From: an uncultured delta proteobacterium
GTDB taxonomy: Bacteria > Myxococcota_A > Polyangia > Polyangiales > B10-G4
Length of the DNA: 64,000 nucleotides
Assembly: GCA_963727445.1 (NCBI GenBank)
Contig: CAVSGI010000008.1
Coordinates: 64,001-128,000, forward strand
Direction of reading: 5' to 3'
Below, in pieces: positions 26,969-36,786 of the stretch; positions within the stretch are counted from its first letter, which is position 1, and the number at the start of each line of letters is the position of its first letter. The notes under the pieces are model-generated. The model searched no databases. It was not told the DNA's origin and saw only the letters and a list, made by a program, of their open reading frames with translations. The position numbers were made by a program, and so were the translations under genes.

Positions 26969-27460
26969 ATGCGCCTTCGGAATTCGGCCTTTCTCTGGCT
27001 GCTGGTGCCCCTCTTCGCCCTTGGCTGCGGCGCCGACGCAGAGCCGCCCATCGAGCCCACCTACGACAACGTGCAGATGGTGATGCAGCGTTCGTGCTCG
27101 CTCTCCTCGGCGTGTCACGCAAGCCGGGGGCGCGCCGGGCTGACCTACGAAGGTCTGATGGACTTCACCGAGCCGCTCGTCGGCGTGCCGTCGTGTCAGT
27201 ATCCGCCGATGCCGCGGGTCGATCCCGGCAACCCCGACAACTCCTGGCTCATGATCAAGATCGACGGCATGTACGACGCCGATGGCAACATCGAGTTCAC
27301 ACCCGAAGCCGGCTTCACGCCGCCCACCGGCGACCCGGACTGTGAGACCTTCGGGACGGTCATGCCGCAGAACGCCACGCCCATTCCCCTGCCGATGCGC
27401 GAGGTGACGATGTTCCGCGACTGGATCGCGGCCGGCGCGCCGGGGCCGAGCGGAGGCTGA
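26969..27460 (+). CDS. Small lipoprotein, possible atypical c-type cytochrome
   Basis: Lipobox ALGC; CSLSSACH; VDPGNPDNSWL; VMPQ; WIAAGAP. Confidence 0.65.
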   Translation: MRLRNSAFLWLLVPLFALGCGADAEPPIEPTYDNVQMVMQRSCSLSSACHASRGRAGLTYEGLMDFTEPLVGVPSCQYPPMPRVDPGNPDNSWLMIKIDGMYDADGNIEFTPEAGFTPPTGDPDCETFGTVMPQNATPIPLPMREVTMFRDWIAAGAPGPSGG

Positions 27461-27473
27461 AGGCCGACTCGTC

Positions 27474-28364
27474 ATGGTGGAGGCGCAAAGCCGACAGGCT
27501 CTCGCGCCGGTCGTGTTGGTGACCGGCAAAGGCGGGGTGGGCAAGACCACGGTCGCCGCCGGGCTGGCCCATGACGCGTGGACCCGCGAGGGGCGTGCCG
27601 TGCTGGTCGAGTTCGGCGACGGCGACGCGGGCAAGCGTGTCCTCGGGCGAGGCTCCAAGGTCGAGCACGTCGTGATCAAACCCGCCGAGGCCATCGAGGA
27701 GATGGCGGCGGACCTCTTCGGCTCGGCGATCCTGTCGAAGGTCGTCATCGGGAACTTCGCCATGCGGCGCCTGTTGCGCGCCGCTCCCGCCCTGCGCGAG
27801 CTGGCGCAGCTGGAGTCGGTGCGACGCATCTCGGTGGAGCGGCCCGGCGTGCGCGTGGTCGTGGACATGCCGGCGACGGGACACGGCGTGGCCTGGCTGC
27901 GGGTGCCGGCACAGATGCGGGATCTGCTACGCGGCGGACCACTACAGGAGCTGTCGAAGCGGCTCTCGGAGGAGCTGATCGCCGAGGGGCGCTGCTCGGT
28001 CGTGATCGTGAGCCTGCCGGAGCGCCTGGTCCTCGAGGAGACGCTGGAGCTGGCGGAAGCCATCCGCGAGGACGTGGGCCTGCCGGCGGGGCGCCTCATC
28101 ATCAACCGGGTGCCCGCCGCCATGCCGCCGCACGCGCTCAAAGAAGCGCGTCGCCTCGCCAGCGGCGAAAGCAAGATCGCCTGGGCAGCCACCGAGCTGG
28201 TCGAGATCATCGCGGCGCGGGATCAGGCGCGCAGCGAAGCACTGGGCGCGCTCGAAGAAGTGATGGCGGGGACCGGGATGAAGCCGGTGTCGATGCCGCT
28301 TTCGCCGGTGGATCCACAGGCCTCCGAGGTCGCCGGTTGGCTCTCGAGCGAGGGGGCGACGTGA
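27474..28364 (+). CDS. ArsA/Get3-like ATPase, subunit 1
   Basis: TGKGGVGKTT, APALREL, VDMPATGHG, LPE and INRV. Confidence 0.85.
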   Translation: MVEAQSRQALAPVVLVTGKGGVGKTTVAAGLAHDAWTREGRAVLVEFGDGDAGKRVLGRGSKVEHVVIKPAEAIEEMAADLFGSAILSKVVIGNFAMRRLLRAAPALRELAQLESVRRISVERPGVRVVVDMPATGHGVAWLRVPAQMRDLLRGGPLQELSKRLSEELIAEGRCSVVIVSLPERLVLEETLELAEAIREDVGLPAGRLIINRVPAAMPPHALKEARRLASGESKIAWAATELVEIIAARDQARSEALGALEEVMAGTGMKPVSMPLSPVDPQASEVAGWLSSEGAT

Positions 28365-29464
28365 GCCCGCGCGTCGTCGTGTGTGCCGGTGGTGGCGGCG
28401 TCGGCAAGACCACCACCGCCGCGGCGCTCGCCGTCGCGCTGGCCCGCGCTGGGCACCGCACGCTCGTCGTGACGGTGGACCCGGCGCGCCGTCTCGCGCA
28501 CGCGATGGGCGTGGAGATCGACGCCCACGTCCACGCGGTGCATACCGAGGACGACGCGCACGGAAAGCTCTTCGCGCTCATGCCGGAGCCCCGAACGAGC
28601 ACGCGGACCTTCGTCGAGGTCCTCTTCGAGGATCGGCCCGAGGACCTCGAGCGCATGCTCGAAAACCGCATCTACGCCACCCTCGGAGACGCTCTGGCGG
28701 GGATCCACGATCTCGTCTCCCTGATGCTGGTGGCGCGCGCCGTCGAGGAAGCCTCCTACGACTACCTGGTGATCGACACCGCGCCCTCGCGCTACGCCCT
28801 CGACTTCGTCTCGTATCCGGGGAGGCTGGCGGCGCTCTTCGAAGGCCGGGCGGTCTCCTTCTTCGCCAACCTCGCCAAGAAGGCCGAGGAGGATGGTGAC
28901 GGCCCTCCCAAGGACGAAAAGGGCCTCATCGCCTGGGGCAAGAAGCGCGTGGAAGCGGCCATCGGACGCATCCTCGATCCACGCCTGCTCCGTGAGCTCG
29001 CCGCGCTCTTCGGGCTGTTGTCACTCGTGCGCGGGCGCTTCGCCGATCTGGCGCGCAAGAGCGAGGCGCTGCTCCTCGGCGACTCGGCGCGCTACGTGCT
29101 CGTCGCCGCGCCGACGGGCTCGGCCGACGCGGATCTCGACTACATCGTCAAGAAGCTCGACAAGCTCGGGCAGAAGCCGCACGCGTTCCTCCTCAACCGC
29201 GCCGACGCGAAGAAGCCCGATTGGCTACGCGCCCTCGAGGACGCGAAGGAAGGCGTCACCCTTCCCGTCCAGAACGCGGTGAAGATCCTCGCCTTGGAGG
29301 TGCAAAAGCGGCGCGACAGCGGGGACACCGCGGAGAAGTCGGTGAAGAAGAAGAGCCGGCGCGCGACGATCGTGCGCCTGCCGAACGTGGAGGCTCGCGA
29401 CCCGAGCCACGTGGTGCGCGCGCTCGCCGATCACCTCGCTACGGAGCTCGAAGCGCTGACCTGA
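28361..29464 (+). CDS. ArsA/Get3-like ATPase, subunit 2
   Basis: GGGGVGKTT, TVDPARRLA and IDTAPSRYALDF; GTG start overlaps the upstream stop. Confidence 0.88.
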   Translation: MSPRVVVCAGGGGVGKTTTAAALAVALARAGHRTLVVTVDPARRLAHAMGVEIDAHVHAVHTEDDAHGKLFALMPEPRTSTRTFVEVLFEDRPEDLERMLENRIYATLGDALAGIHDLVSLMLVARAVEEASYDYLVIDTAPSRYALDFVSYPGRLAALFEGRAVSFFANLAKKAEEDGDGPPKDEKGLIAWGKKRVEAAIGRILDPRLLRELAALFGLLSLVRGRFADLARKSEALLLGDSARYVLVAAPTGSADADLDYIVKKLDKLGQKPHAFLLNRADAKKPDWLRALEDAKEGVTLPVQNAVKILALEVQKRRDSGDTAEKSVKKKSRRATIVRLPNVEARDPSHVVRALADHLATELEALT

Positions 29465-29550
29465 GGCTCGAGGGGGAGCCCCGTCTCGGGTCGGGACCGA
29501 GTCCCAAAACCGGTAGCAACCGAGGTATGATGTGAGCGGAGGATTCTCCG

Positions 29551-32046
29551 ATGACACGCGCCTCTCTTACTTCTCTCTTGTTCGGACTCGTCTTCTGCGC
29601 CTGCGAATGCACCCAGCCACCTCCCCCGGGCCTGGGGGATGGGCACGTCGGCGATGAATGCCTCCGGGTCGGCGATTGCCGCACGAGTCTCATCTGCGAT
29701 CTCGACATGGGCACCTGCCAGCCGGCCGGCATGCTCGGCGAAAACGCGGCCTGCGAGCTCACCGGCGATTGCACGGACGGCCTCTATTGCAACGCGCTCC
29801 GGGTCTGTGCCCCCGCCGGGACCGAGCCCGAAGGATCGGACTGCGACTCCACCGCGGAGTGCGAGCGCGGCCTCATCTGCGTGGTCGAAGGCTTCGGTGG
29901 GCGCTGCCGCGAAGGCGGCACGGGCGATCTCGGCACGACCTGCGTGACCGACGTCGACTGCATCGCGGGCCTGTCGTGCATCGGCCGGACGGGCGGGATG
30001 AGCGTGTGCGAGAGCGCGCCCCCCATCGAGCCCGTGGACGGCGGCGTCACCCCGCCGGCCATCCCCCCGTACTGGGCGGGCGTGGAGTGCAACACCGCCG
30101 ACGAGGAGGGCTCGAACGAAGCCCTCTTCCGCGTGCCTCGCGCGGGGACCGATTTCGACTTCTACTCCCTGCCCTACCCCAACGACGTTCGCCGGACGGC
30201 GACCGGCATCGATTTGAGCGGCCACCCCTCCCCCGGCACCGCGCTTCCCATCGACATCATCGACCGCTATCTGCGCGCGTCGGAAGAGGACCTCGACGGC
30301 TTCAGCACCAACCCCGTCATCTACTTCCGCTTCAGCGACGGTTACGACTGGGACTCGATGGACGGGAACTTCCTGGTCGTCGACGTGACCCCCGACTCCC
30401 CGACCTATGGCGAGATGGTGAACGTGGCCTGGTTCTTCTCCTCGGGCCCGGTCTCGAAGTACATCTGCCCGAACTGGTTCGCGATGCGCACCGGGTCCGG
30501 CCGGCCCCTCCGGCCCGGCACCACCTACGCGGCGATCCTTCGCACGGGCATCCTGACCTCCGGCGACTCGCCGCAGGTCATGGGTCGTTCCGGCGACTTC
30601 GAGGCGATGCTGGGCTCCTCGGCGCCCTCCGACGCGGCGCTCTCGGCGGCCTGGGACTCCTATACGCCGCTGCGCGACTGGCTCGCCGACCCGATGAACA
30701 CCGAGGTCACCGCGGGCGACGTGCTCAACGCCACGGTCTTCACCACCAGCAACCCCGAGCGGGTGGTGAGTCGCCTCAGGGAAGTGATCCGCGCGCGCCC
30801 GGCCCCCACCGTCAGCGACCTCACGCTCTGCGACGGGACCAACACTTCACCCTGCGACGACGGCACGATGCAGCGGAGCTGCGGCGCCGTGAGCCCGGAC
30901 TTCTACGAGATCCACGGGCGCATCGAGCTGCCCATCTTCCAGCAGGGCACCCCGCCCTACGAGACGCCCGAGGACGGCGGAGGGATCGAGGTCGACGGCG
31001 ACGGGGCGCCTGTCCTGGCGCGGACGGAGCAGGTGTGCTTCGCGCTCACCGTGCCCAAGACCGCGCCGCCAGCCGAAGGCTACCCGCTGTTGATCGTCGG
31101 TCACGGGACCGGCGGCAGCTTCACCGGGGCGGCGCACAACGGCGTCGCGGCCGCGGTGGCCGCGGGCGACCACGGGGGGACGCCGGTGAACGCCGCGACG
31201 CTCGCGATCGACTTCCCCGAGCACGGCGAGCGACGAGGCGACTCGACCCGCGATCCCGACCGCCTCTTCTACAACTTCGCCAACCCGCGCGCCGCGCGCG
31301 ACAACATCACCCAGGGCTCGGCGGATCTCTTCAGCCTCGTGTATTTCGCCGAGGGCTACAGCGAGGACGCCGCCACCTCCCTCACCGGCGAGGCGATCAG
31401 CTTCGACGCGACGAAGATCACGATGTACATGCACTCGCAGGGGGCGACGCATGCGTCGCTGATGTTCCCCTACGAGCCGAGCGTCTCGGCCATCGTGCTC
31501 AGCGGCAACGGCGGCGACCTGACGCAGTCGCTCTTGAACAAGAGGGAGCCGGTGGACATCGCCGGCGTGCTGCCCTTCGCGCTCCTCGACATCAACATGG
31601 ACGGAACGCTCCCCACCGGGACCTTCCACCCGGCGCTGTCGATCTTCCAGGCCTACTTCGACCAGGCGGATCCCGTGAACTACGGGCGGCGCGTGATCAC
31701 CGAGCCGATCGAGGGCGCCCCGGGCCGGCACCTGTTCATGACCTACGGTCTGAACGACAGCTACTCCCCGGAGCCGACGTTGCAGGCGTATGCGCTCGCG
31801 GCGCGGCTCCGCCTCGTCCGCCCTCTGCTCACCGATTCCTGGGGGCTCGCCGAAGAGGATCCGCCGGTGATGGGGAACATCACCGTCGACATGGCTCCCT
31901 TCACCATGGGCCTCCGGCAATACGACCCCTCCGGGGCGGGGGTCGACGGCCACTTCGTCGCCCTGCAGACCCCCGAGGGTCTCGCTGACGTGAGCGCGTT
32001 CCTGCTCGGCGCCCTCGCCGGCGACGTCCCCACCATCGGAAACTGA
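29551..32046 (+). CDS. Lipoprotein with Cys-rich repeats and C-terminal alpha/beta-hydrolase (lipase-like) domain
   Basis: Cys-rich N-terminus; PYPND motif; GHGTGG; IDFPEHGER; nucleophile-like HSQG; late His in DGHFV. Confidence 0.75.
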   Translation: MTRASLTSLLFGLVFCACECTQPPPPGLGDGHVGDECLRVGDCRTSLICDLDMGTCQPAGMLGENAACELTGDCTDGLYCNALRVCAPAGTEPEGSDCDSTAECERGLICVVEGFGGRCREGGTGDLGTTCVTDVDCIAGLSCIGRTGGMSVCESAPPIEPVDGGVTPPAIPPYWAGVECNTADEEGSNEALFRVPRAGTDFDFYSLPYPNDVRRTATGIDLSGHPSPGTALPIDIIDRYLRASEEDLDGFSTNPVIYFRFSDGYDWDSMDGNFLVVDVTPDSPTYGEMVNVAWFFSSGPVSKYICPNWFAMRTGSGRPLRPGTTYAAILRTGILTSGDSPQVMGRSGDFEAMLGSSAPSDAALSAAWDSYTPLRDWLADPMNTEVTAGDVLNATVFTTSNPERVVSRLREVIRARPAPTVSDLTLCDGTNTSPCDDGTMQRSCGAVSPDFYEIHGRIELPIFQQGTPPYETPEDGGGIEVDGDGAPVLARTEQVCFALTVPKTAPPAEGYPLLIVGHGTGGSFTGAAHNGVAAAVAAGDHGGTPVNAATLAIDFPEHGERRGDSTRDPDRLFYNFANPRAARDNITQGSADLFSLVYFAEGYSEDAATSLTGEAISFDATKITMYMHSQGATHASLMFPYEPSVSAIVLSGNGGDLTQSLLNKREPVDIAGVLPFALLDINMDGTLPTGTFHPALSIFQAYFDQADPVNYGRRVITEPIEGAPGRHLFMTYGLNDSYSPEPTLQAYALAARLRLVRPLLTDSWGLAEEDPPVMGNITVDMAPFTMGLRQYDPSGAGVDGHFVALQTPEGLADVSAFLLGALAGDVPTIGN

Positions 32047-32056
32047 AGACACCACC

Positions 32057-32851
32057 ATGTCCGACGCCTTCGACCTCGGGCGCATCGGCGGCCGCAAAGC
32101 CCTCGACGCGCTCATCGACGAGATCACCCTCGCCGGCGAACGGGCCCTCGCCATGCAGAAGAGCGGCGTGGGAGATCGCGCCCGGCGAAAGCCCGACAAC
32201 TCGCCCGTCACGGAGGCGGACGAAGCGGTGGAGCGGCACATCAAGTCGTTTCTCCTCTCGCGCTTCGAAGGCGTGGGCTTCCTCGGCGAGGAGACCGGCG
32301 TGACCGAGGGCGAATCGGAGATGCGCTTCATCGTCGATCCCATCGACGGCACCCGCGCCTTCACCCGCGGCTTCGACACCTGGTCGGTGCTCGTGGGTCT
32401 CGAGGCGGATGGCGATCCCGTGGTGGGTATCGCCTTCATGCCCGCCGCCGGGGATCTGATGGTCGCCGTCAAAGGCGACGGAGCTCGTAAGAACGGCAAA
32501 CGCATGCACGTGAGCGCGGTGGACTCGCTCTCGGAGGCGGTGGCGAGCCATGGGGGCCTCCATCAGTTCACCGACGCCTGCCTCGAAGGCGTCCTCGCCA
32601 AGATCGGACGCGGCACTTACACGCAGCGCGGCCACGTGGACTTCGACGGCTATCGCCAGCTGCTCAGCGGCATGGTGGACGTGATGGTGGACCCGGGCGT
32701 CAAAGCCTGGGACGTCTGTCCGGCGGCGGTGCTCATCCGCGAAGCGGGCGGGCGCTTCTCCGACTTCGAGGGCAACGAGACCATCCACGGCGGCAACTTC
32801 CTCGCCACCAACGGCCTGCTCCACGACGCGATGCTCGACATCCTGCGCTAG
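32057..32851 (+). CDS. Inositol monophosphatase family protein, probable histidinol-phosphatase (HisN type)
   Basis: KPDNSPVTEAD, GEE, VDPIDGTRAF, WDV and EAGGRFSD. Confidence 0.88.
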   Translation: MSDAFDLGRIGGRKALDALIDEITLAGERALAMQKSGVGDRARRKPDNSPVTEADEAVERHIKSFLLSRFEGVGFLGEETGVTEGESEMRFIVDPIDGTRAFTRGFDTWSVLVGLEADGDPVVGIAFMPAAGDLMVAVKGDGARKNGKRMHVSAVDSLSEAVASHGGLHQFTDACLEGVLAKIGRGTYTQRGHVDFDGYRQLLSGMVDVMVDPGVKAWDVCPAAVLIREAGGRFSDFEGNETIHGGNFLATNGLLHDAMLDILR

Positions 32852-32853
32852 CG

Positions 32854-34662
32854 TTAGAGCCCCGCAGCGCAGACCGTCTCCCCTTCCGGCGTCTCCCAGG
32901 GGGCGGTGACCGTCATCGAGATCGGCTCCGCCCCGTCGCCGCGGAGCACCCACTCGCCGGGAGAGAGCGGTGGCAGCACGCAGGTGATCGGCCACCTGAC
33001 CGGCTCGGGATCGCACGCACAATCCGGGGTCGGGTCGGCGCACTGCTCGAAGGAGAGGCGGAGCTCGCGCTCTCCGCTGACCTCGACGCGACATCGTGGG
33101 CGCGGAGCGCAGGGACAGCCGTCGCCCCAAATGGCGACGTCGAGGACGCGAGAGGTCATGGAGGGCGTCTGGGCAGGCGCGCAAAGCTGCGCGAGCCGCG
33201 CCGTAGTGGCTGGACATTCGATGGCCGGACACTCGATCCGGTCGGATTCGCATGCGACCTCTGTTCGCGAAAGAGACATGCAGTCCTCGCCCACGCAGTC
33301 GCTCTCGCAGCCGACCACCGGCGCGCATCGGTCGCCGGTCCAGCGGAAGCCCCAGACCCGCTCCCCGTCGCAGTCGGCGGCTCGCGCGTCCTGTGCGCGG
33401 CAGAGGTCCTCCGGGGGCGCGCCGCACTCCCACCTCTGCACGTAGGTCCCCTCGCGTCCCATGGGCGGCTCGGTACCTTCGTGAGAGATGCCGACGTAGA
33501 GCGTGTCGTCCACCGAGAGGACGGAGGGACCGCCGTAACCCGAGTGGGCGCCATCGTAGAGCGTTCGTCGCGCCGCGAGGGGCACACCATCCGGATCCAG
33601 CGAGAGGATGATCTCGCGCTCGCTGGGCCGATAGCCCTCGGCCCAGAGCAGCGCCCAGCCCTCGGGGCGTGCCGCCACCCGCGGGTAGGCGGTCGTGGGG
33701 GCGCCACCCTCGATCGGCCGCTCGAAGAGGACGCGGCCGTCGAGGCTCGCGATGCGGAAGACGAGCGCGCGCGTGTCCGAAGGACCCTCGAGGGAGACGA
33801 GCCCCAGGCGATCGTCGCGAAGCGCGACCGCGGTGTAGCCGACGGGCAGCGGGATCGTGCGATCGCGCGTCACTTCACCCCGCGGATCGACGCCCAGCAT
33901 CCGGAGTCCCGCGTCCTCGTAGACGAGGGCGAGGAAACCATCCTCGGTCGCCACCAGCGACGGTGTTCGGCCGGGGTAGTCCCCGCGGGCCATCGCCATC
34001 GGCTCGGCGATCGGCTCGCCCGTCTCCGCAACCAGCGCGAGCATGGTCTCGACCTGCACCGGGTCCACGTCGAAGTTCTCGGAGCGATACGTCATGGCAT
34101 AGACGCCGTGGGCGTAGACGAGCTCGGTGCATGGGCCGGTCTCTGTCCCGAAGTCCGCGCGCGGGCCGAGGGCCCCGTCGAGCCCGTCGATCTCGCGGAA
34201 GCGAAGCGCGCCCGCGCCGTCCGGATCCCCGTCCCAGCAGACACCGACCCGTTCGCCGTTCCACGCGGCCTCGCCCCAACCGTGCGATTCCTCGCCCACG
34301 CGCCGGGGCGCGCTCACCTCCTCGAGGTGGAGATCGGTGTGGCTGAGGACGATCTCCGGATGACGGATGGTGTCGCTCTGAAACATCAGCACGCCGAGCT
34401 GGTCGCCCGCGAGGAAGAGGTCGGGGGCATGCATGCTCCCATCCGGGTAGCTGGCGATGAAGCGCTCCATCACCGGCGCGAGCGCACAGCGGGGCGGCGG
34501 AGGCGGAGGCGGAGGCGGATCGCCAGCGTCGGGGCCCGTCGCTGCGTCCGGCCCCGTCCCGCTCCCCCCGTCGGCCGAAGCACCCACGCGAGGGCGCTCG
34601 TGAAAGAGGTAGCAGCCCGACAACGACAGACAGAGGGAGAGCAGAGCGAGGGCGGAACGCAT
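32854..34662 (-). CDS. Hypothetical lipoprotein (beta-rich central region, Cys-rich C-terminus)
   Basis: Lipobox LSGC, Pro-rich linker, 602-aa ORF filling the gap between neighbours. Confidence 0.7.
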   Translation of the reverse strand: MRSALALLSLCLSLSGCYLFHERPRVGASADGGSGTGPDAATGPDAGDPPPPPPPPPRCALAPVMERFIASYPDGSMHAPDLFLAGDQLGVLMFQSDTIRHPEIVLSHTDLHLEEVSAPRRVGEESHGWGEAAWNGERVGVCWDGDPDGAGALRFREIDGLDGALGPRADFGTETGPCTELVYAHGVYAMTYRSENFDVDPVQVETMLALVAETGEPIAEPMAMARGDYPGRTPSLVATEDGFLALVYEDAGLRMLGVDPRGEVTRDRTIPLPVGYTAVALRDDRLGLVSLEGPSDTRALVFRIASLDGRVLFERPIEGGAPTTAYPRVAARPEGWALLWAEGYRPSEREIILSLDPDGVPLAARRTLYDGAHSGYGGPSVLSVDDTLYVGISHEGTEPPMGREGTYVQRWECGAPPEDLCRAQDARAADCDGERVWGFRWTGDRCAPVVGCESDCVGEDCMSLSRTEVACESDRIECPAIECPATTARLAQLCAPAQTPSMTSRVLDVAIWGDGCPCAPRPRCRVEVSGERELRLSFEQCADPTPDCACDPEPVRWPITCVLPPLSPGEWVLRGDGAEPISMTVTAPWETPEGETVCAAGL

Positions 34663-34767
34663 CGGAGGCGCGCCGGGTGCAACTCACGGGCCACGCGTTC
34701 ACGGTCGAAAAAGCCCCTGCGCCGCTCGATCGGTCGCGACGGCGTGGCGCGGTCGTGCCGCTGTGTG

Positions 34768-36663
34768 TCAGCGGCGGCGACGGCCCGCCACGATCCCCAG
34801 CACCAGGAAGAGGGGCCAGGCGCCGAGGCCGAAGGGCGCCCGGGCGGACGTCACGCAGCCGCACCCACCATCGTCCATGGTGCCGGTGGGCTCGCCGCCC
34901 GCATCGGGACCCGCGTCGAAGGAGGCGTCGGCCATCGGCGCGGAGCAGCGGCCCGCAGCGCACACGTCGGTGCCGCGGCAATCGGTGTCGTCGTTGCAGC
35001 AACCCGCCACCGGGTCGTGGACACAGGTGACGCGATCGGCTTCACAGGAGTCGCGAGTACAGGCGTCCCCGTCGTCGCAGTCCACGTCGCAGCACGAGGG
35101 GTCCGGAGTCGAGCCGCACACGCCGAACTCGTCGCAGGCGTCGATGGTGCAAGCGTCCCCGTCGTCGCAATCCACATCGGCCATGCAGCACACGGCGGTC
35201 GCGGTCGAGGAACAGCGGAACGTACGAACGTCACAGGTGTCGGTGGTGCACTCCATCGAGTCGTCGCAGACGTCATCCGACATGCAGCATCCGGCGATGG
35301 GTGCGTTCACGCAGGCCGACGACACACACGCGTCGTCGGTGCAGACGTCTCCGTCGTCGCAGTCTCCGTCCCCGAGGCAACAGCCGGCGATCGAGGCGTT
35401 GGTGCAAGCGCCGGAGGCGGCATCGCAGGTGTCGGTGGTACAGGCGTTGCCGTCGTCGCAGTCCCCGTCGGCGGCGCAGCAGCCGCTGATGGGCATGAAC
35501 GTGCAGCGGTTGGTGCTGGTGTCACACGCGTCGGAAGTGCACGCCGAGGTGTCACTGCAGTCGCCGTCGCTGGTGCAGCAACCGCTGATGGGCGAAGTGG
35601 TACAGGTGCCGCCGGTGCCGGTACATCCGTCCGAGGTGCAGGGGTCGCCGTCATCGCAGTCGATGGCGACGTTGCAGCAGCCCGCGACCGAGGCGTGCCG
35701 GCAGCCGCCGGGCTCCATGCAGGAATCGGTCGTGCACGTGTCGCCATCGTCGCAGTCGAGCGGCGCCCCGGCCACGCAGGCGCCGGCGGAGCAGACCTCG
35801 CGCCCATCGCAGACGATCGCGTTGGTGCAGGAAGTGCCATCGGCCGCCGAGGACCAGCCTGTCATCGACCGGGACGTATCGCAGACCTGGCACGGGTTCG
35901 ATGGGTTCACCGTGCCGTTCGACACGCAGGAGCCGCTGATGTCACAGCCGGAGCACGACGCGCAGGAAGCGACCCCGGCGCAATCGGAATCGGCGCAGTC
36001 CACGTCTCCGTCACCGTCGTTGTCGACCAGGTCCGAGCATTGCTCGCCGCAGCCGAGGCTCGCGCCGCTCGTGACGGTGAGGGTGTAGTTCCCCTCCATC
36101 ATCGCGTCGTCGCAGTTGATCACGCCCACGTTCGACGTCGGCGGGTAGGCGCTCGCACACCCGCCGCCGCCGATCCGGCAGATGAAGCCGCAGCTGTCGC
36201 AGTCGGTCTGTCCGGTCTGCCCGAAGGCGTCGACCACCACGTAATAGGTCTCGTTGGGTGTGCAGGTGAAGGTCAGCGCCTCGTCGATGATCATCGCGCC
36301 GGAGGCGAGCGAGGTGAGCCCGTTGGTGGACTGAGCGTAACAGCCGCCGCTGGTGGTGCAGTCGCCGGGCCCCAGCACGAAGAGGTCGATGTCGCAGTCC
36401 AGGCCGGTGAGGGAGAGGCTCACGGCGCCCGCGCCGGAGCAGGTGAAGGTGAAGACGTTGTCCGGGTGGTTCATCGAGATGCCGCCGCCGCAGGTGCCCG
36501 ATACGTCATCGCCGTCGGCGTACTCCACCCGGCCGCTCGCCATTTGCAGGCAACCGATGTCGCCCTCGATCGGGGCGGTGCAGGCCTGTGCTTCCGCCCG
36601 GCGAGGCAGACTCCACACGAAGGCGGAGATGACGCACACGACGAGCGCGGTACGGTAGCCCAA
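34768..36663 (-). CDS. Cys-rich MYXO-CTERM surface protein with PPC-like N-domain
   Basis: Signal peptide; DIDLFVL...YYVVVD; CDDGDxCTxDxC repeats; terminal DGGCGC...LFLVLGIVAGRRRR. Start uncertain. Confidence 0.85.
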   Translation of the reverse strand: MGYRTALVVCVISAFVWSLPRRAEAQACTAPIEGDIGCLQMASGRVEYADGDDVSGTCGGGISMNHPDNVFTFTCSGAGAVSLSLTGLDCDIDLFVLGPGDCTTSGGCYAQSTNGLTSLASGAMIIDEALTFTCTPNETYYVVVDAFGQTGQTDCDSCGFICRIGGGGCASAYPPTSNVGVINCDDAMMEGNYTLTVTSGASLGCGEQCSDLVDNDGDGDVDCADSDCAGVASCASCSGCDISGSCVSNGTVNPSNPCQVCDTSRSMTGWSSAADGTSCTNAIVCDGREVCSAGACVAGAPLDCDDGDTCTTDSCMEPGGCRHASVAGCCNVAIDCDDGDPCTSDGCTGTGGTCTTSPISGCCTSDGDCSDTSACTSDACDTSTNRCTFMPISGCCAADGDCDDGNACTTDTCDAASGACTNASIAGCCLGDGDCDDGDVCTDDACVSSACVNAPIAGCCMSDDVCDDSMECTTDTCDVRTFRCSSTATAVCCMADVDCDDGDACTIDACDEFGVCGSTPDPSCCDVDCDDGDACTRDSCEADRVTCVHDPVAGCCNDDTDCRGTDVCAAGRCSAPMADASFDAGPDAGGEPTGTMDDGGCGCVTSARAPFGLGAWPLFLVLGIVAGRRRR

Positions 36664-36786
36664 GACCGAAATTCCAACAGATCCCCGGGTAGGCGTTCAA
36701 GCGCCGCTGTGGGATGATGCCTGCCCCTCGCAGCCCCCCGATTCCGGGCCGGTGCGAGCCCCCGAAAGCCAGCCATTGGAGGCGAA

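Noticed and set aside
33481..36717. 1078-aa plus-strand ORF and other long shadow ORFs
   Set aside because: Antisense to well-supported genes; expected in high-GC DNA; no motifs.
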